From an uncultured Nitrospiraceae bacterium (GTDB lineage: Bacteria > Nitrospirota > Nitrospiria > Nitrospirales > Nitrospiraceae), in NCBI GenBank assembly GCA_963730935.1, contig CAVSTP010000004.1, positions 992,001 through 1,056,000 on the forward strand: 64,000 bases of DNA, in the 5' to 3' direction. A program made the translations under genes and the position numbers. The notes beneath the pieces were generated by a model, which saw nothing but the letters and a program-made list of their open reading frames with translations, was not told the DNA's origin and ran no database searches. Of this stretch, positions 27,708-37,508 are shown in pieces (positions within the stretch are counted from its first letter, which is position 1; each line of letters opens with the position of its first letter).

Positions 27708-27878
27708 GTGGGTGACGTTCAAATCGACGACGGCATCATCAAGATCGTCAATCTCGAGGTCCAGGATCCAAAAGCCGCCGCAGTGCTCGCGGAATACCCC
27801 CAAATCCGCTGGGCGGAGATCACGAGGCGCGCGCTCAAGATCGGCCTGGGCTACCTGAAGGGGGGAGCAAAAGATTAA
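27708..27878 (+). CDS. 56-aa small protein (below ORF track cutoff)
   Basis: GAGGAGGAGG RBS, GTG start; MGDVQIDDGIIKIVNLEVQDPKAAAVLAEYPQIRWAEITRRALKIGLGYLKGGAKD. Confidence 0.75.
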   Translation: MGDVQIDDGIIKIVNLEVQDPKAAAVLAEYPQIRWAEITRRALKIGLGYLKGGAKD

Positions 27879-27884
27879 AAAGAA

Positions 27885-29270
27885 CTAAGGAGTCGTCGGG
27901 GGGCGGGGTGTTTGGTCGGCGCGCGACTGGGCCACAGCTTCATGGGCACGGCTATGGGTCCCGCCAAGTTCTAGATACCGCTCGAAGGCCTCGACGGCTT
28001 TCTTCTGGTCCTTCAGACCATCGGCATAGAGCACGCCAAGCGTAAAATACACATCGACGTAATTCGGATTGGCCACTAACGCCGCACGCAGCGCCTTTTC
28101 GGCCTCGGCATACTGCCCGCGTTTTTCGTAAATCAATCCAAGCGTGTAGTGCGAATCAGGATTGTTCGGGGCATATTGCACTGCCAATTTCCCCGCGGCC
28201 AGCGCCTCGTCGATGTTCGGCAACACTTCAAGCCGCACATAGCTCTTCAAGACATAGGCATCGCCGAATGTCGGGTCGTATTCCAGCGCCTTGTTCAGAC
28301 GCTCCAATGCTTCGTCCTGCGATTTTCCGCTTTGCAGCATCGCAAATGCCTGTTCGTACTGCATTCTCGCAGCCGCTTGGCGCTCGGCCGGTGACTGCGG
28401 TTCGCCTCCAAGGCGGAAGGCGGCTTTTCGTCCTTCGATCATGATCGTATCGCCGTCGCCTTCGAGCTGCGTGAACACCGGATGCTGGGCGTTCTTGGTT
28501 TGGTCCGCCACCTGCAGGTTCACGTATCGTCCCAACTCGGACGCCATCAGCCAGCCGTTCTTGTCGAGGTCGGCCTCGCCGGAGAGGGCTTTGACCAATG
28601 CCTGAACAAACAGGCTGCGGTCTTGGACTCGCACCGCGCTTTCGCCCTTGTCGGCCGCGGTCAAGACCTGCACGGCGCGCTTTTCCGTATCCTCTTCCGG
28701 CGCACTTCGGCCTTCGAGCGAGAGCGCTTGCGTTGAGCTGATTTCCCAGCCGCGCACCGCCGAGTCGAACAAAAACAAAGTGTGTTTGGACGCGCTCCGG
28801 TGACTGAACTCTTTGAGCTGCTCGAACGTCACCGCTTTCGACACGTTCCCAGGTTGGGCATCCCATGGAACGAGGTACCCAAGGTCTTTACCTGAGACGG
28901 TTTGCGTGATGCCGGCGTGCCCGACGAAATAGATCACCAGACGGTCCTGTCGGCCGACCTTGCGCGGCAGAAAATCGACGAGCGTTTGTTGCAATCGCCG
29001 GAAGCTGGCCTCTTTATCGTAGAGTTCGAGGACTTCTTCGAATCCCAACTTGTGTAGGACCTGGGCCACGGCCTTCGCGTCTTCAATGGCGCCTGGGATT
29101 TTCGGCGCAAGCAGATAATTTTCGATCCCAATGACCACGCCCCACGATTTGTAATACAGCCCCTCCGGCTTTCCAAGCTGGGCCTGGGCCGGCGTGAACC
29201 CGAAACCAATGCTGATGAGGATCGCGAGCAGGCGTGATCGGAGCGACGCACGTGAGGACGGAAGGTTCAT
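27885..29270 (-). CDS. secreted caspase-like (peptidase C14) domain + TPR protein
   Basis: VVIGIENY, DA.AV, YFVGHAG, GYLVPWD, DLDKNGW, QHP; C-terminal TPRs. Confidence 0.87.
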   Translation of the reverse strand: MNLPSSRASLRSRLLAILISIGFGFTPAQAQLGKPEGLYYKSWGVVIGIENYLLAPKIPGAIEDAKAVAQVLHKLGFEEVLELYDKEASFRRLQQTLVDFLPRKVGRQDRLVIYFVGHAGITQTVSGKDLGYLVPWDAQPGNVSKAVTFEQLKEFSHRSASKHTLFLFDSAVRGWEISSTQALSLEGRSAPEEDTEKRAVQVLTAADKGESAVRVQDRSLFVQALVKALSGEADLDKNGWLMASELGRYVNLQVADQTKNAQHPVFTQLEGDGDTIMIEGRKAAFRLGGEPQSPAERQAAARMQYEQAFAMLQSGKSQDEALERLNKALEYDPTFGDAYVLKSYVRLEVLPNIDEALAAGKLAVQYAPNNPDSHYTLGLIYEKRGQYAEAEKALRAALVANPNYVDVYFTLGVLYADGLKDQKKAVEAFERYLELGGTHSRAHEAVAQSRADQTPRPPTTP

Positions 29271-29443
29271 GTTGGACGATGGCTTGGGCACTCTGTCAAT
29301 TCAGCCTACTCTGGCCCAGAACAGCTGTCAACCACGCGCCTTAGGGAATTGCATCGGCGGCCGTACCATTGTATGGTTGAGCCGCTGCAGTCACTCACCT
29401 CATACCGGGATGTGAAAGATTCGCTCTTGGAGCCCGATGTGAC

Positions 29444-31333
29444 ATGACGGAGAATATCGAAACCCTCCTGAAAGAAAGCCGTCTCTATCGGCCCTCGGCG
29501 CAGACGATGGCCGATGCCTACATCAAGAACTACGAAACCGAATACAAGAAATCGATCGCCGATCCCGAAGGGTTTTGGAGCGGGATGGCGAACGAATTGC
29601 ATTGGTTTTCTCCGTGGAACAAAGTCCTGGAATGGAATTACCCCTGGGCGAAATGGTTCGTCGGCGCGACCTGCAATATTGCTTACAATTGTCTCGACCG
29701 GCACGTCGCCTCCCCGCGCAAGAATAAAGCGGCGCTCATTTGGGTGGGTGAAAACGATCAGGAGCGGGTCTTCACATATGCGGAGCTCTACCGCCAGGTC
29801 AATCGCTGCGCCAACGCACTGAAGAAGCTTGGCCTCAACGCGGGCGACCGCGTGACGATCTACCTGCCCAAAATTCCCGAACAGGTCATCGCCATGCTGG
29901 CCTGTGCTCGCATCGGCGTGATTCACAGCGTCGTGTATTCCGGCTTCAGTGCTCCAGCCTTGGCCAGCCGCATCAATGACGCCGAATCCAGACTGGTCAT
30001 TACCGCCGATGTGGGATTCGACCGCAGCAAGATCATCAGTCTGAAGCCGATCGTCGACGAAGCGCTGAAGCAGTGCCCGACCGTGGAGCATGTGGTGGTG
30101 GTCAGGCGGCAGGCATCAAGTCCGCCGCCGGTGCCGCCGAAAGACATCGACTGGACGGAGTGGGTGAGAAACGAGAAGGCTGCCTGTGCTGCGGAACCCC
30201 TCGATTCAGAAACCCCACTATTTATCCTCTATACGTCGGGCACTACCGGCAAACCCAAAGGCGTCGTGCACGTGCACGGCGGCTACATGGTCGGCACCTA
30301 CACCACGACCAAGTATGTGTTCGATCTCAAGGACGAGGACGTCTATTTCTGCGTCGCCGACCCGGGCTGGGTGACCGGCCACAGCTATATTGTCTATGGT
30401 CCGCTGCTCAACGGCGCGACCATTCTTACCGCCGAAGGCAAGCCGGACTATCCGAACCCGGGCCGTTGGTGGGATTTGATCGAACGCTATGGAGTCTCCA
30501 TTTTTTATACGACACCTACGGCGATCCGCCTGTTGATGCGCCATGGCGAAGAGTGGCCGAAAAAATACGACTTGTCGAGCTTGCGCATTCTGGGCAGCGT
30601 CGGAGAACCGATCAATCCAGAAGCCTGGGAATGGTTCCACCGCGCCGCAGGTGGCGACAAACCCATTATGGACACGTGGTGGCAAACGGAGACCGGCGCC
30701 ATCCTGATTACGCCATTGCCCAGCGTACCGTTGAAACCGGGCTCCGCCACGAGACCGTTCCTGGGCATCGAAGCCGATGTGGTCGACCGACAGGGCAATC
30801 CCCTTCCGACCAATCAAGGCGGTTTCGCGGTGATCAAGAAGCCTTGGCCGTCCATGATGCGGACCATTTACAAAGATCCCGATCGTTACAAGACCTACTG
30901 GAACACGATTCCGAACTGTTACACGGCAGGCGACGTATGCCACAAGGATGCCGACGGGTACATGTGGTTCATGGGCCGTGCAGACGACGTCATCAAAGTC
31001 GCTGGCAATCGACTCGGCACGGCTGAAGTAGAGAGCGCACTGGTCAGCCATCAGTCCGTGGCCGAAGCCGCCGTCATCGGAAAACCGCATAAGACCGTTG
31101 GAGAAACGATCAAGGCGTTCATCATCCTCAAACAGGGAGAAGCCGCAAGTCCCGACTTGATTCAATCGATCAAGGACCAGGTTCTACACGAATTGGGGAA
31201 AATCGCGGTCCCCTCGGAAGTCGACATCGTGACCTCTTTGCCCAAGACGCGATCCGGCAAAATTATGCGTCGGGTGCTCAAGGCCAAGGAGCTGGGACAG
31301 GACCCCGGAGACATCTCGACGATCGAAGAGTGA
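29444..31333 (+). CDS. acs: acetyl-CoA synthetase
   Basis: YTSGTTGKPKG, DTWWQTETG, GRADD, PKTRSGKIMRR. Confidence 0.95.
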   Translation: MTENIETLLKESRLYRPSAQTMADAYIKNYETEYKKSIADPEGFWSGMANELHWFSPWNKVLEWNYPWAKWFVGATCNIAYNCLDRHVASPRKNKAALIWVGENDQERVFTYAELYRQVNRCANALKKLGLNAGDRVTIYLPKIPEQVIAMLACARIGVIHSVVYSGFSAPALASRINDAESRLVITADVGFDRSKIISLKPIVDEALKQCPTVEHVVVVRRQASSPPPVPPKDIDWTEWVRNEKAACAAEPLDSETPLFILYTSGTTGKPKGVVHVHGGYMVGTYTTTKYVFDLKDEDVYFCVADPGWVTGHSYIVYGPLLNGATILTAEGKPDYPNPGRWWDLIERYGVSIFYTTPTAIRLLMRHGEEWPKKYDLSSLRILGSVGEPINPEAWEWFHRAAGGDKPIMDTWWQTETGAILITPLPSVPLKPGSATRPFLGIEADVVDRQGNPLPTNQGGFAVIKKPWPSMMRTIYKDPDRYKTYWNTIPNCYTAGDVCHKDADGYMWFMGRADDVIKVAGNRLGTAEVESALVSHQSVAEAAVIGKPHKTVGETIKAFIILKQGEAASPDLIQSIKDQVLHELGKIAVPSEVDIVTSLPKTRSGKIMRRVLKAKELGQDPGDISTIEE

Positions 31334-31383
31334 GCACCTCACATCTGATGCAGCGCTGGGTTCTGCTGCGAAGGGAGACGGGC

Positions 31384-31854
31384 ATGGCAACGCGAACGGG
31401 CCGCACGATGGTGATGGGAATTGGTCTTATCTCCCTCATCCTCATCACTGGTCAGACAGGAAATGCTTTTGCCGCCGACCAAGCGAAACCGGCGAAAAAA
31501 CCCAAAGCATCTCCCGAAGCCAAGGCTCCCAAAGCGAAGGCGGACAAGCCGACGTTTCAAACGGCCGAAAAAGCAGGTAAGGCCAACGCCTGTTTCGGCG
31601 AAGCGCCGCAGATCGTCAAACTGACCCCGGATGAGGGCAAAGTCGGGGATGCCGTCACCATTACAGGCACGAAGTTCGGCTCGGCTGATTGTCTACGAGG
31701 CGTGTCTTTCGGACCCGGCCATGCGGCGACCTTCAAGATGAAAAACGAAACCACGATTACCGCCACCGTGCCGCAAGGCGGACGCAAAGGACTGGCGATC
31801 GTGACCGTGACCACGGCATCAGGCACGGCTTCCAAGCCGTTCCTGATCAAGTAA
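31384..31854 (+). CDS. secreted IPT/TIG domain protein
   Basis: signal peptide, Lys/Ala linker, PQIVKLTPDEG.VGD.VTITG..FG. Confidence 0.82.
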   Translation: MATRTGRTMVMGIGLISLILITGQTGNAFAADQAKPAKKPKASPEAKAPKAKADKPTFQTAEKAGKANACFGEAPQIVKLTPDEGKVGDAVTITGTKFGSADCLRGVSFGPGHAATFKMKNETTITATVPQGGRKGLAIVTVTTASGTASKPFLIK

Positions 31855-31912
31855 CCGACGGCCCTCAGCGCTGAGCTACGAAGGCTGATGCCGATCGTGC
31901 CAAACACTTCAC

Positions 31913-32125
31913 ATGAGAAAACCGGGTGAGCCAATCTATCTGAGACGGCACATGGTCGCTCTGGCCATGGCGGTTATTTTGCCCATCATTGCGTTACAGC
32001 TATACAAGATCTATGTGGGACAGATCAGTTTCGGCGTGCAGATGGGGTTGGTAGTCGTGATCTCGGTGCTCGCCGGTCTGGGCCTGTTTTTCACCTACAG
32101 ATCCTCGGCGCGCAATCAGCCCTGA
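31913..32125 (+). CDS. small two-TM membrane protein
   Basis: two hydrophobic segments. Confidence 0.72.
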   Translation: MRKPGEPIYLRRHMVALAMAVILPIIALQLYKIYVGQISFGVQMGLVVVISVLAGLGLFFTYRSSARNQP

Positions 32126-32197
32126 CGAGTGTCTTCACACCCACGATGTTCGCACTTCCTTACAGGACGTTAGGCTTTTTAGCGTGCGGGCTGGCAG

Positions 32198-32851
32198 CTA
32201 CATGAGGCCGTGCTTTTTCAGATAGTCCTTATCGATGACGGGCGTCGGCTTCGGCAGCTGGCTTCGCTGTTGGAGAAGCCGTTCGACAAACTTTCCAATG
32301 AGGTCGGATTCCAGGTTGACTTGATCATCAACCTGTTTGAGTCCCAGCGTCGTAACGGCAGCGGTATGCGGAATGATGGAGACGCTGAAGGAGTGATCGG
32401 TGGCGTCATTGATCGTCAAGCTGATCCCATCGACCGTAACCGAGCCTTTGTGCACACAGTATCGCAGGACGTCCGAGGGCGCTTCGATGACAAACACGAT
32501 CGCATTGCCCTCCTGACGGCGGCTGCGGATCGTGCCCACCCCGTCGACGTGACCGGCAACCAGATGCCCGCCGATCCGTTCATTGAGTTTCATCGCGCGC
32601 TCGAGATTGACCGGAGCCCCACCCGTCAGCCGTCCGAGGGTCGTGACCGACAAGGTTTCCGGCGACGCTTCGACAACGAAGGTTTGTTCAGCTTTCGCGA
32701 CCACGGTGAGACAAGTGCCGTTGATGCTGATACTGTCCCCGACCTTGAGCTCGGCCAACACCGTCGAAGCGAGGATCGTCAGGCGAGTGCCGCCGAGGGT
32801 CTGTTCCAGCGAGGTCACGGCGCCCATTTCTTCCACGATACCGGTGAACAT
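32198..32851 (-). CDS. ribE: riboflavin synthase (alpha chain)
   Basis: MFTGIVEE, GDSISINGTCLTV, VNLERA, GGHLVAGHVDG. Confidence 0.95.
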   Translation of the reverse strand: MFTGIVEEMGAVTSLEQTLGGTRLTILASTVLAELKVGDSISINGTCLTVVAKAEQTFVVEASPETLSVTTLGRLTGGAPVNLERAMKLNERIGGHLVAGHVDGVGTIRSRRQEGNAIVFVIEAPSDVLRYCVHKGSVTVDGISLTINDATDHSFSVSIIPHTAAVTTLGLKQVDDQVNLESDLIGKFVERLLQQRSQLPKPTPVIDKDYLKKHGLM

Positions 32852-32967
32852 CAGTCTTTCCTGAAGATGACCTGCTTCAACACATAGACAAAGACGACGA
32901 TCAAGACGACCACTCCGAGCGAGGCCAGCACCGCGATTACGATGTTCTCAGTCGCCATCTCCTGCAT
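32851..32967 (-). CDS. 38-aa single-TM small protein coupled to riboflavin synthase
   Basis: MQEMATENIVIAVLASLGVVVLIVVFVYVLKQVIFRKD; TGATG overlap with the next start. Confidence 0.7.
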   Translation of the reverse strand: MQEMATENIVIAVLASLGVVVLIVVFVYVLKQVIFRKD

Positions 32968-32993
32968 GGCGGCCCATTATATCATCGGGCTCT

Positions 32994-34160
32994 TTATTTC
33001 CTCATGGCGAGCCAGAAGAACCCGGCGGCAGCCACCTGGAGACCGGCAATGATCCCGAACGCCCCGGCATAGCTCATGTTGGCGATCAGCACACCCGCAA
33101 GCAGAGGTCCGCTCGCATGTCCGATATCTCCAATCGTGCCTTGCATGCCCATGCCAGCTCCCAACGTCTTGAACTCTGAACTATCCGCGACAAACGCCGA
33201 AGAGGACGAGGAGACAACCGCCTCGCCGAAGCCAAATCCCGCCGAGAGCACTAGCAGCGGGGCCAGCTCGGACACATGCGGAATAGACACAAACGTCGCC
33301 GCACAGATCAGGAGCCCCAACATGATCAAGGGCTGTCGGCCCATGCGGTCAGAGACGCGTCCCATAATCGGCTTCGAGATGAACGACGTCAGGGATTGGA
33401 TGGTGAACAAGAGCCCCACTTCTCCAGCGTTGAGACCGACCGAGATGCCGTACAGAGGCAGAAATGCCATCAAGGCGCCGTTGGCAATCATCTTGGCGGC
33501 ATCGGTCGAACTGGTGACCAGGACCCTACGGTTCCTGGCGACAATGCTGAAGCCTTTCCACATTTCCGACCAGACAGAGGCCAGGCCCTTGTCATGCAGG
33601 CGCGGTGGAGGCGGCGAAAGATGCAGACTGTAGAACATCACGATCGCCGCGCAGCCGAACAGTCCCGCGGTCAGGAACGCCGACGAAAAGCCGTAGGCAA
33701 AAGCAAGGTATCCCCCGATGAACGGGCCCAGCAAGGCGCCTGATTGCGTGCAGGCCGTATACGTGCCCAATGCGGCGCCGCGGCGCTCCCGATACAATTC
33801 CGCAACCGTCGCGAGCGCGCTCGGCGCGAAGATCGCTGTCGCCAATCCATGAAAGAGACGAAGCAACGTCAGCACGTTCAGATCTGAGATAAAGGGATAG
33901 AAAAACGGCGGGACCCCGAAGGCGATGACGCCGACCCGAAGGAGCATGCGGCGGCCGTAGATATCCGAGAGCGCGCCGGACGGAAGTTTGAGAAAAACCC
34001 CCGTCAGTGTTGAGACGGACACAATCACCCCGATCCGCTCAGGACTCGCACCAAGTGATTCGGCAAAGAGAGCCAAGACCGGCATCCGAACCATGTTGTA
34101 GCTGATGAAGCAGAAGACGCCGATCGTGCACAGAAAGGCAAAGCTGCGCGAGGTCGTCAT
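32994..34160 (-). CDS. MFS transporter
   Basis: GALSDIYGRR and GRVSDRMGRQ motif A; 12 hydrophobic segments. Confidence 0.92.
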   Translation of the reverse strand: MTTSRSFAFLCTIGVFCFISYNMVRMPVLALFAESLGASPERIGVIVSVSTLTGVFLKLPSGALSDIYGRRMLLRVGVIAFGVPPFFYPFISDLNVLTLLRLFHGLATAIFAPSALATVAELYRERRGAALGTYTACTQSGALLGPFIGGYLAFAYGFSSAFLTAGLFGCAAIVMFYSLHLSPPPPRLHDKGLASVWSEMWKGFSIVARNRRVLVTSSTDAAKMIANGALMAFLPLYGISVGLNAGEVGLLFTIQSLTSFISKPIMGRVSDRMGRQPLIMLGLLICAATFVSIPHVSELAPLLVLSAGFGFGEAVVSSSSSAFVADSSEFKTLGAGMGMQGTIGDIGHASGPLLAGVLIANMSYAGAFGIIAGLQVAAAGFFWLAMRK

Positions 34161-34972
34161 GGTGTAGAACGTCCGGAATGCCCGCTCATAGAGGGTAGCC
34201 CCTTGCCACCCAAGGCTTCTTTCAAGAACGCCACATCTTCGTCGGGTAAAGGAGGAGGATCGGTGGCCTCAAATAGTACGCGCTCTGGCCGTTGGCGGAT
34301 TTCGAGCCCCAATCGGTTCACGACGGCGATGCCCTTCCTGAGCTTTCTGATGACCGTGGCACCGACGAGCGGTCGCAACAGTGAGGCCAGTCCTGAAAGC
34401 ACGCGGTTGTCCAACATTGTATAGGCCACCAAGGTGTTCTCCATCGCTTCGTGGCCGCTTGGCTCCTTGACAGTGCCCATGCGGAGGAATACGACCGCTT
34501 TCCCGCTCACATTGGGCAGCAACCGGCTGCGATGCGTGCCTTCAAGATAATAGACTCGGATCGCACGCTCTTGGTACACCAGTTGCACCATCCCCTCCGT
34601 GCCCTCGCCGTCATTGGCCCACCACCGGCCGGGACCGCGCATTTCCGCCTTGTAGTCCGCCAGGTCAAGACGGTTAATCAAAGCCGCCGCCAACGGCGGA
34701 TGATCCAGCAGATGAAAATACATCGACGCATCCATCGCGGTATTCAACGGTCCGAGCGCGTTGGCAGTCGTGTAGTGATCGATGACAAACTTGAGCCGGC
34801 AGGCCCAATCTTCGGGGATGTGTTGAACGGGAAACGCAATCCCACCGTGTACAGTCTCCAATCTGCACGAGTCTGCCCAGGCCTCGTCCAGAGATCCGGC
34901 TAACGCAAGCGCCATCGTTCCAACAACGACGCTCGAGCGCCCGCGCGCCAACAGCCGGTCCTTCGCCTTCAT
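34157..34972 (-). CDS. exported hypothetical protein
   Basis: overlapping start/stop with both neighbours; N-terminal signal-like segment. Confidence 0.75.
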   Translation of the reverse strand: MKAKDRLLARGRSSVVVGTMALALAGSLDEAWADSCRLETVHGGIAFPVQHIPEDWACRLKFVIDHYTTANALGPLNTAMDASMYFHLLDHPPLAAALINRLDLADYKAEMRGPGRWWANDGEGTEGMVQLVYQERAIRVYYLEGTHRSRLLPNVSGKAVVFLRMGTVKEPSGHEAMENTLVAYTMLDNRVLSGLASLLRPLVGATVIRKLRKGIAVVNRLGLEIRQRPERVLFEATDPPPLPDEDVAFLKEALGGKGLPSMSGHSGRSTP

Positions 34973-36255
34973 GAGACTGATTTTGGAACCTCGACGGCGA
35001 CATGAAACGGGAACAATTGTCGAGGATCCTGCCGAAGCCGTGCCTGCCGCAATAGGGTCTCCAATGATGCCGTCACGGTACCCTCGAACGAGAGCTGGCC
35101 GTTAGTCACGATCGTGACCGGCTTAGCCGGATCGATCAGGCGATCGTTCAGAAACAGGCTATAGCGCTGAATGCGTTCCGTGTTCACTTCGATCCGGTTC
35201 GCCGAGACAATGGTCGCTTCAAGCCTGGCATATTCGCGTTGTGTGATTCGCTGGTCCCGCTTGTCGATCAGGTCGTCGGAAAACGCAGCGATGGGATCGG
35301 TGACATCGAGTCGCACCCAGCCGAACGGTTGAAAGTGACTGGCTTCACGCACCACGGTCAGCTTCGCCGGCAGAGGATCCCGCCGTTGGCTGCTGAGCCA
35401 TGTCATCAGCGCCGGCAATTCTTCCCGGGGAAAGTAATGTCCACCGGCCATCGGATGTTCACCCTGATGCTCGCGATAGACATGCGGATAGCCCAGCGCG
35501 GTCAACTCCCGTGCGATGGAACGGCTGAGCGCCACAGGCATAACCTGATCTTTGGCGCCGTGAATGATGTAGACGGGCGTGTTTCGAAGATTTGCCAGAA
35601 AGGGCATCAACACGTCATCGAGCCCGCTCGCCATGGGAGCGAGGCCCGCAAATAGCGGCGCATGGTGCATGCCGATCAGCCAGGCGCCGATGCCGCCGTT
35701 CGACATGCCTGTGAGAAAGATGCGGTCCGGATCGAGGTGGTAGCGCTGCCGTACGTGTCTGATTGTCGCAAGCACCAGGTCCTCGGCCCGGCGCGTGAAC
35801 CAGGCTCCTGCCGGATAGGTCGGACACGCCAGGATGTAGTCCTCCCCAAGGCGCGCCTGCCAGCGTTCGAGGTACACGTCGCCTGTAAATCCCGCGCCGT
35901 GCAGGCAGACGATCAGCGCATATCCTCTTGAGGGTTGATACGTGAGTGGAACCGAAAGCGCGAGTCCATAGCTTTGCCCCTGCACCCGAATCCGTTCGTC
36001 GGACAGCGTCCCGATCGGCCGACTGTCATAGCTCCGCTCGGTTTCGATAATTCGAATAACCCGCTCAATCGACGCATCCGGATGATGCTGAACGGCCTGC
36101 AGCAGCCGTTCGGCCTCGTCGCTGTCCGGCGAATCGAGGTACCGGAAGACCAGTGCGGGCAGCTGCTTCGAGCCAGTCTCCAGCTCAGCCTGGCCAAAGC
36201 CGAGACTCCACCAGACGACGGTCGGAAGGACTAGCGCCACGAGCCAGCGATTCAC
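34969..36255 (-). CDS. secreted alpha/beta hydrolase (esterase/depolymerase-like)
   Basis: LHGAG, GMSNGG nucleophile elbow, HGAKDQV, GGH. Confidence 0.85.
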   Translation of the reverse strand: MNRWLVALVLPTVVWWSLGFGQAELETGSKQLPALVFRYLDSPDSDEAERLLQAVQHHPDASIERVIRIIETERSYDSRPIGTLSDERIRVQGQSYGLALSVPLTYQPSRGYALIVCLHGAGFTGDVYLERWQARLGEDYILACPTYPAGAWFTRRAEDLVLATIRHVRQRYHLDPDRIFLTGMSNGGIGAWLIGMHHAPLFAGLAPMASGLDDVLMPFLANLRNTPVYIIHGAKDQVMPVALSRSIARELTALGYPHVYREHQGEHPMAGGHYFPREELPALMTWLSSQRRDPLPAKLTVVREASHFQPFGWVRLDVTDPIAAFSDDLIDKRDQRITQREYARLEATIVSANRIEVNTERIQRYSLFLNDRLIDPAKPVTIVTNGQLSFEGTVTASLETLLRQARLRQDPRQLFPFHVAVEVPKSVS

Positions 36256-37376
36256 AGGTGACCTTCCACCACGAGGTCGCGTCCGAGCACTCGGGTGCGC
36301 ACGTGCTTCAACGTGAGCGCCGCCGCCAGGCGCCCGGGGCTTCGGCCGCCGATCATGCCGGTGGCATCCCTGCCGCCCAAAAGCGACGGCGCGACATAGA
36401 GGCGAACGCGTTGCACAAGCTTGGCCTTAAGCATCGCTGCATTGATTTCAGCGCCGCCTTCCACTAACAGAGACGTAATCCCCCGCTTTCCAAGTTCGCG
36501 CATGAGCGCGGAGAGAGAGACTCGCCCACGGACCAGAGGCAGCACGACCACCTCGATACCTCGTCGCTGGAGTGCACGCCGTCGCGCAGCCGAAGCCGCC
36601 TCCGTGGTGGCAATTACGGTTCCGGCGCCATTCACTCGGCGGAGAATTTTCGCGTTGAGTGGCGTCCGCAGGCGGCTATCGACGACGATTCGCAGAGGCT
36701 GCTTTTTTGCCAATCGCTTGAGTTGTGGACCGATCCGCGCCGTCAGCGACGGATCGTCAGACCGCACCGTCCCCACGCCGACTAGGACGGCATCGACCTC
36801 GGAACGGAGCTGATGGACCTCGCGCCGGGACGCCTTGCTCGTGATCCACTTCGCCTCTCCAGACGCCGTCGCGATCTGACCGTCAAGCGTCATGCCCGCC
36901 TTGAGGATGACATACGGACGCTTCGTCCGTACCCAGTGCCTATACGTGTGGTTCAACGCTTCCGCCTCCCGGCGCGCAATGCCGGTCGTGACAGCCCTTC
37001 CGGCTCGCCGAAGCGCGGCTGCACCCCGGCCATTGACCAAAGGATTTGGATCGCGTTGGGCGATAACCACCCGCCTCACCCCTGAGCGGACAATGGCCGG
37101 CACACAGGGTGCCGTCCGCTTTTTCAGGTGGCAACAAGGCTCGAGCGTGACGTAGAGGGTGCCGCCGCGGGACTGTGCCCCAGCCCGCTCGAGCGCAAGC
37201 ACCTCGGCGTGTGGAAGACCGGGCCGGAGATGATACCCCTGTCCTACGACCCGTCCTCGATTCACCACGATGGCGCCGACCATCGGATTGGGACTCGTCG
37301 TTCCACGACCTTTCGCCGCCAGGCGCAGGGCCGACTTCATGTAACGAAGATCTTGAGCGCCGTGTACCCGCATCAT
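36252..37376 (-). CDS. ribD: riboflavin biosynthesis deaminase/reductase
   Basis: TSPNPMVG, PHAE, TLEPCCH, TLDGQIA, LLVEGGA. Confidence 0.95.
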   Translation of the reverse strand: MMRVHGAQDLRYMKSALRLAAKGRGTTSPNPMVGAIVVNRGRVVGQGYHLRPGLPHAEVLALERAGAQSRGGTLYVTLEPCCHLKKRTAPCVPAIVRSGVRRVVIAQRDPNPLVNGRGAAALRRAGRAVTTGIARREAEALNHTYRHWVRTKRPYVILKAGMTLDGQIATASGEAKWITSKASRREVHQLRSEVDAVLVGVGTVRSDDPSLTARIGPQLKRLAKKQPLRIVVDSRLRTPLNAKILRRVNGAGTVIATTEAASAARRRALQRRGIEVVVLPLVRGRVSLSALMRELGKRGITSLLVEGGAEINAAMLKAKLVQRVRLYVAPSLLGGRDATGMIGGRSPGRLAAALTLKHVRTRVLGRDLVVEGHL

Positions 37377-37508
37377 CAAGGGGTCGCCACGCAGGGGGAG
37401 CGTTCCTGAGAGGGGCGCAGACGAGGAAACGAGAAACGTCGTGCCGTAACGTTTCGCAATGGCGCCGGCGTTTCTCGGATCCGGCGGGCTGTCACCCGCT
37501 GCGGATGG

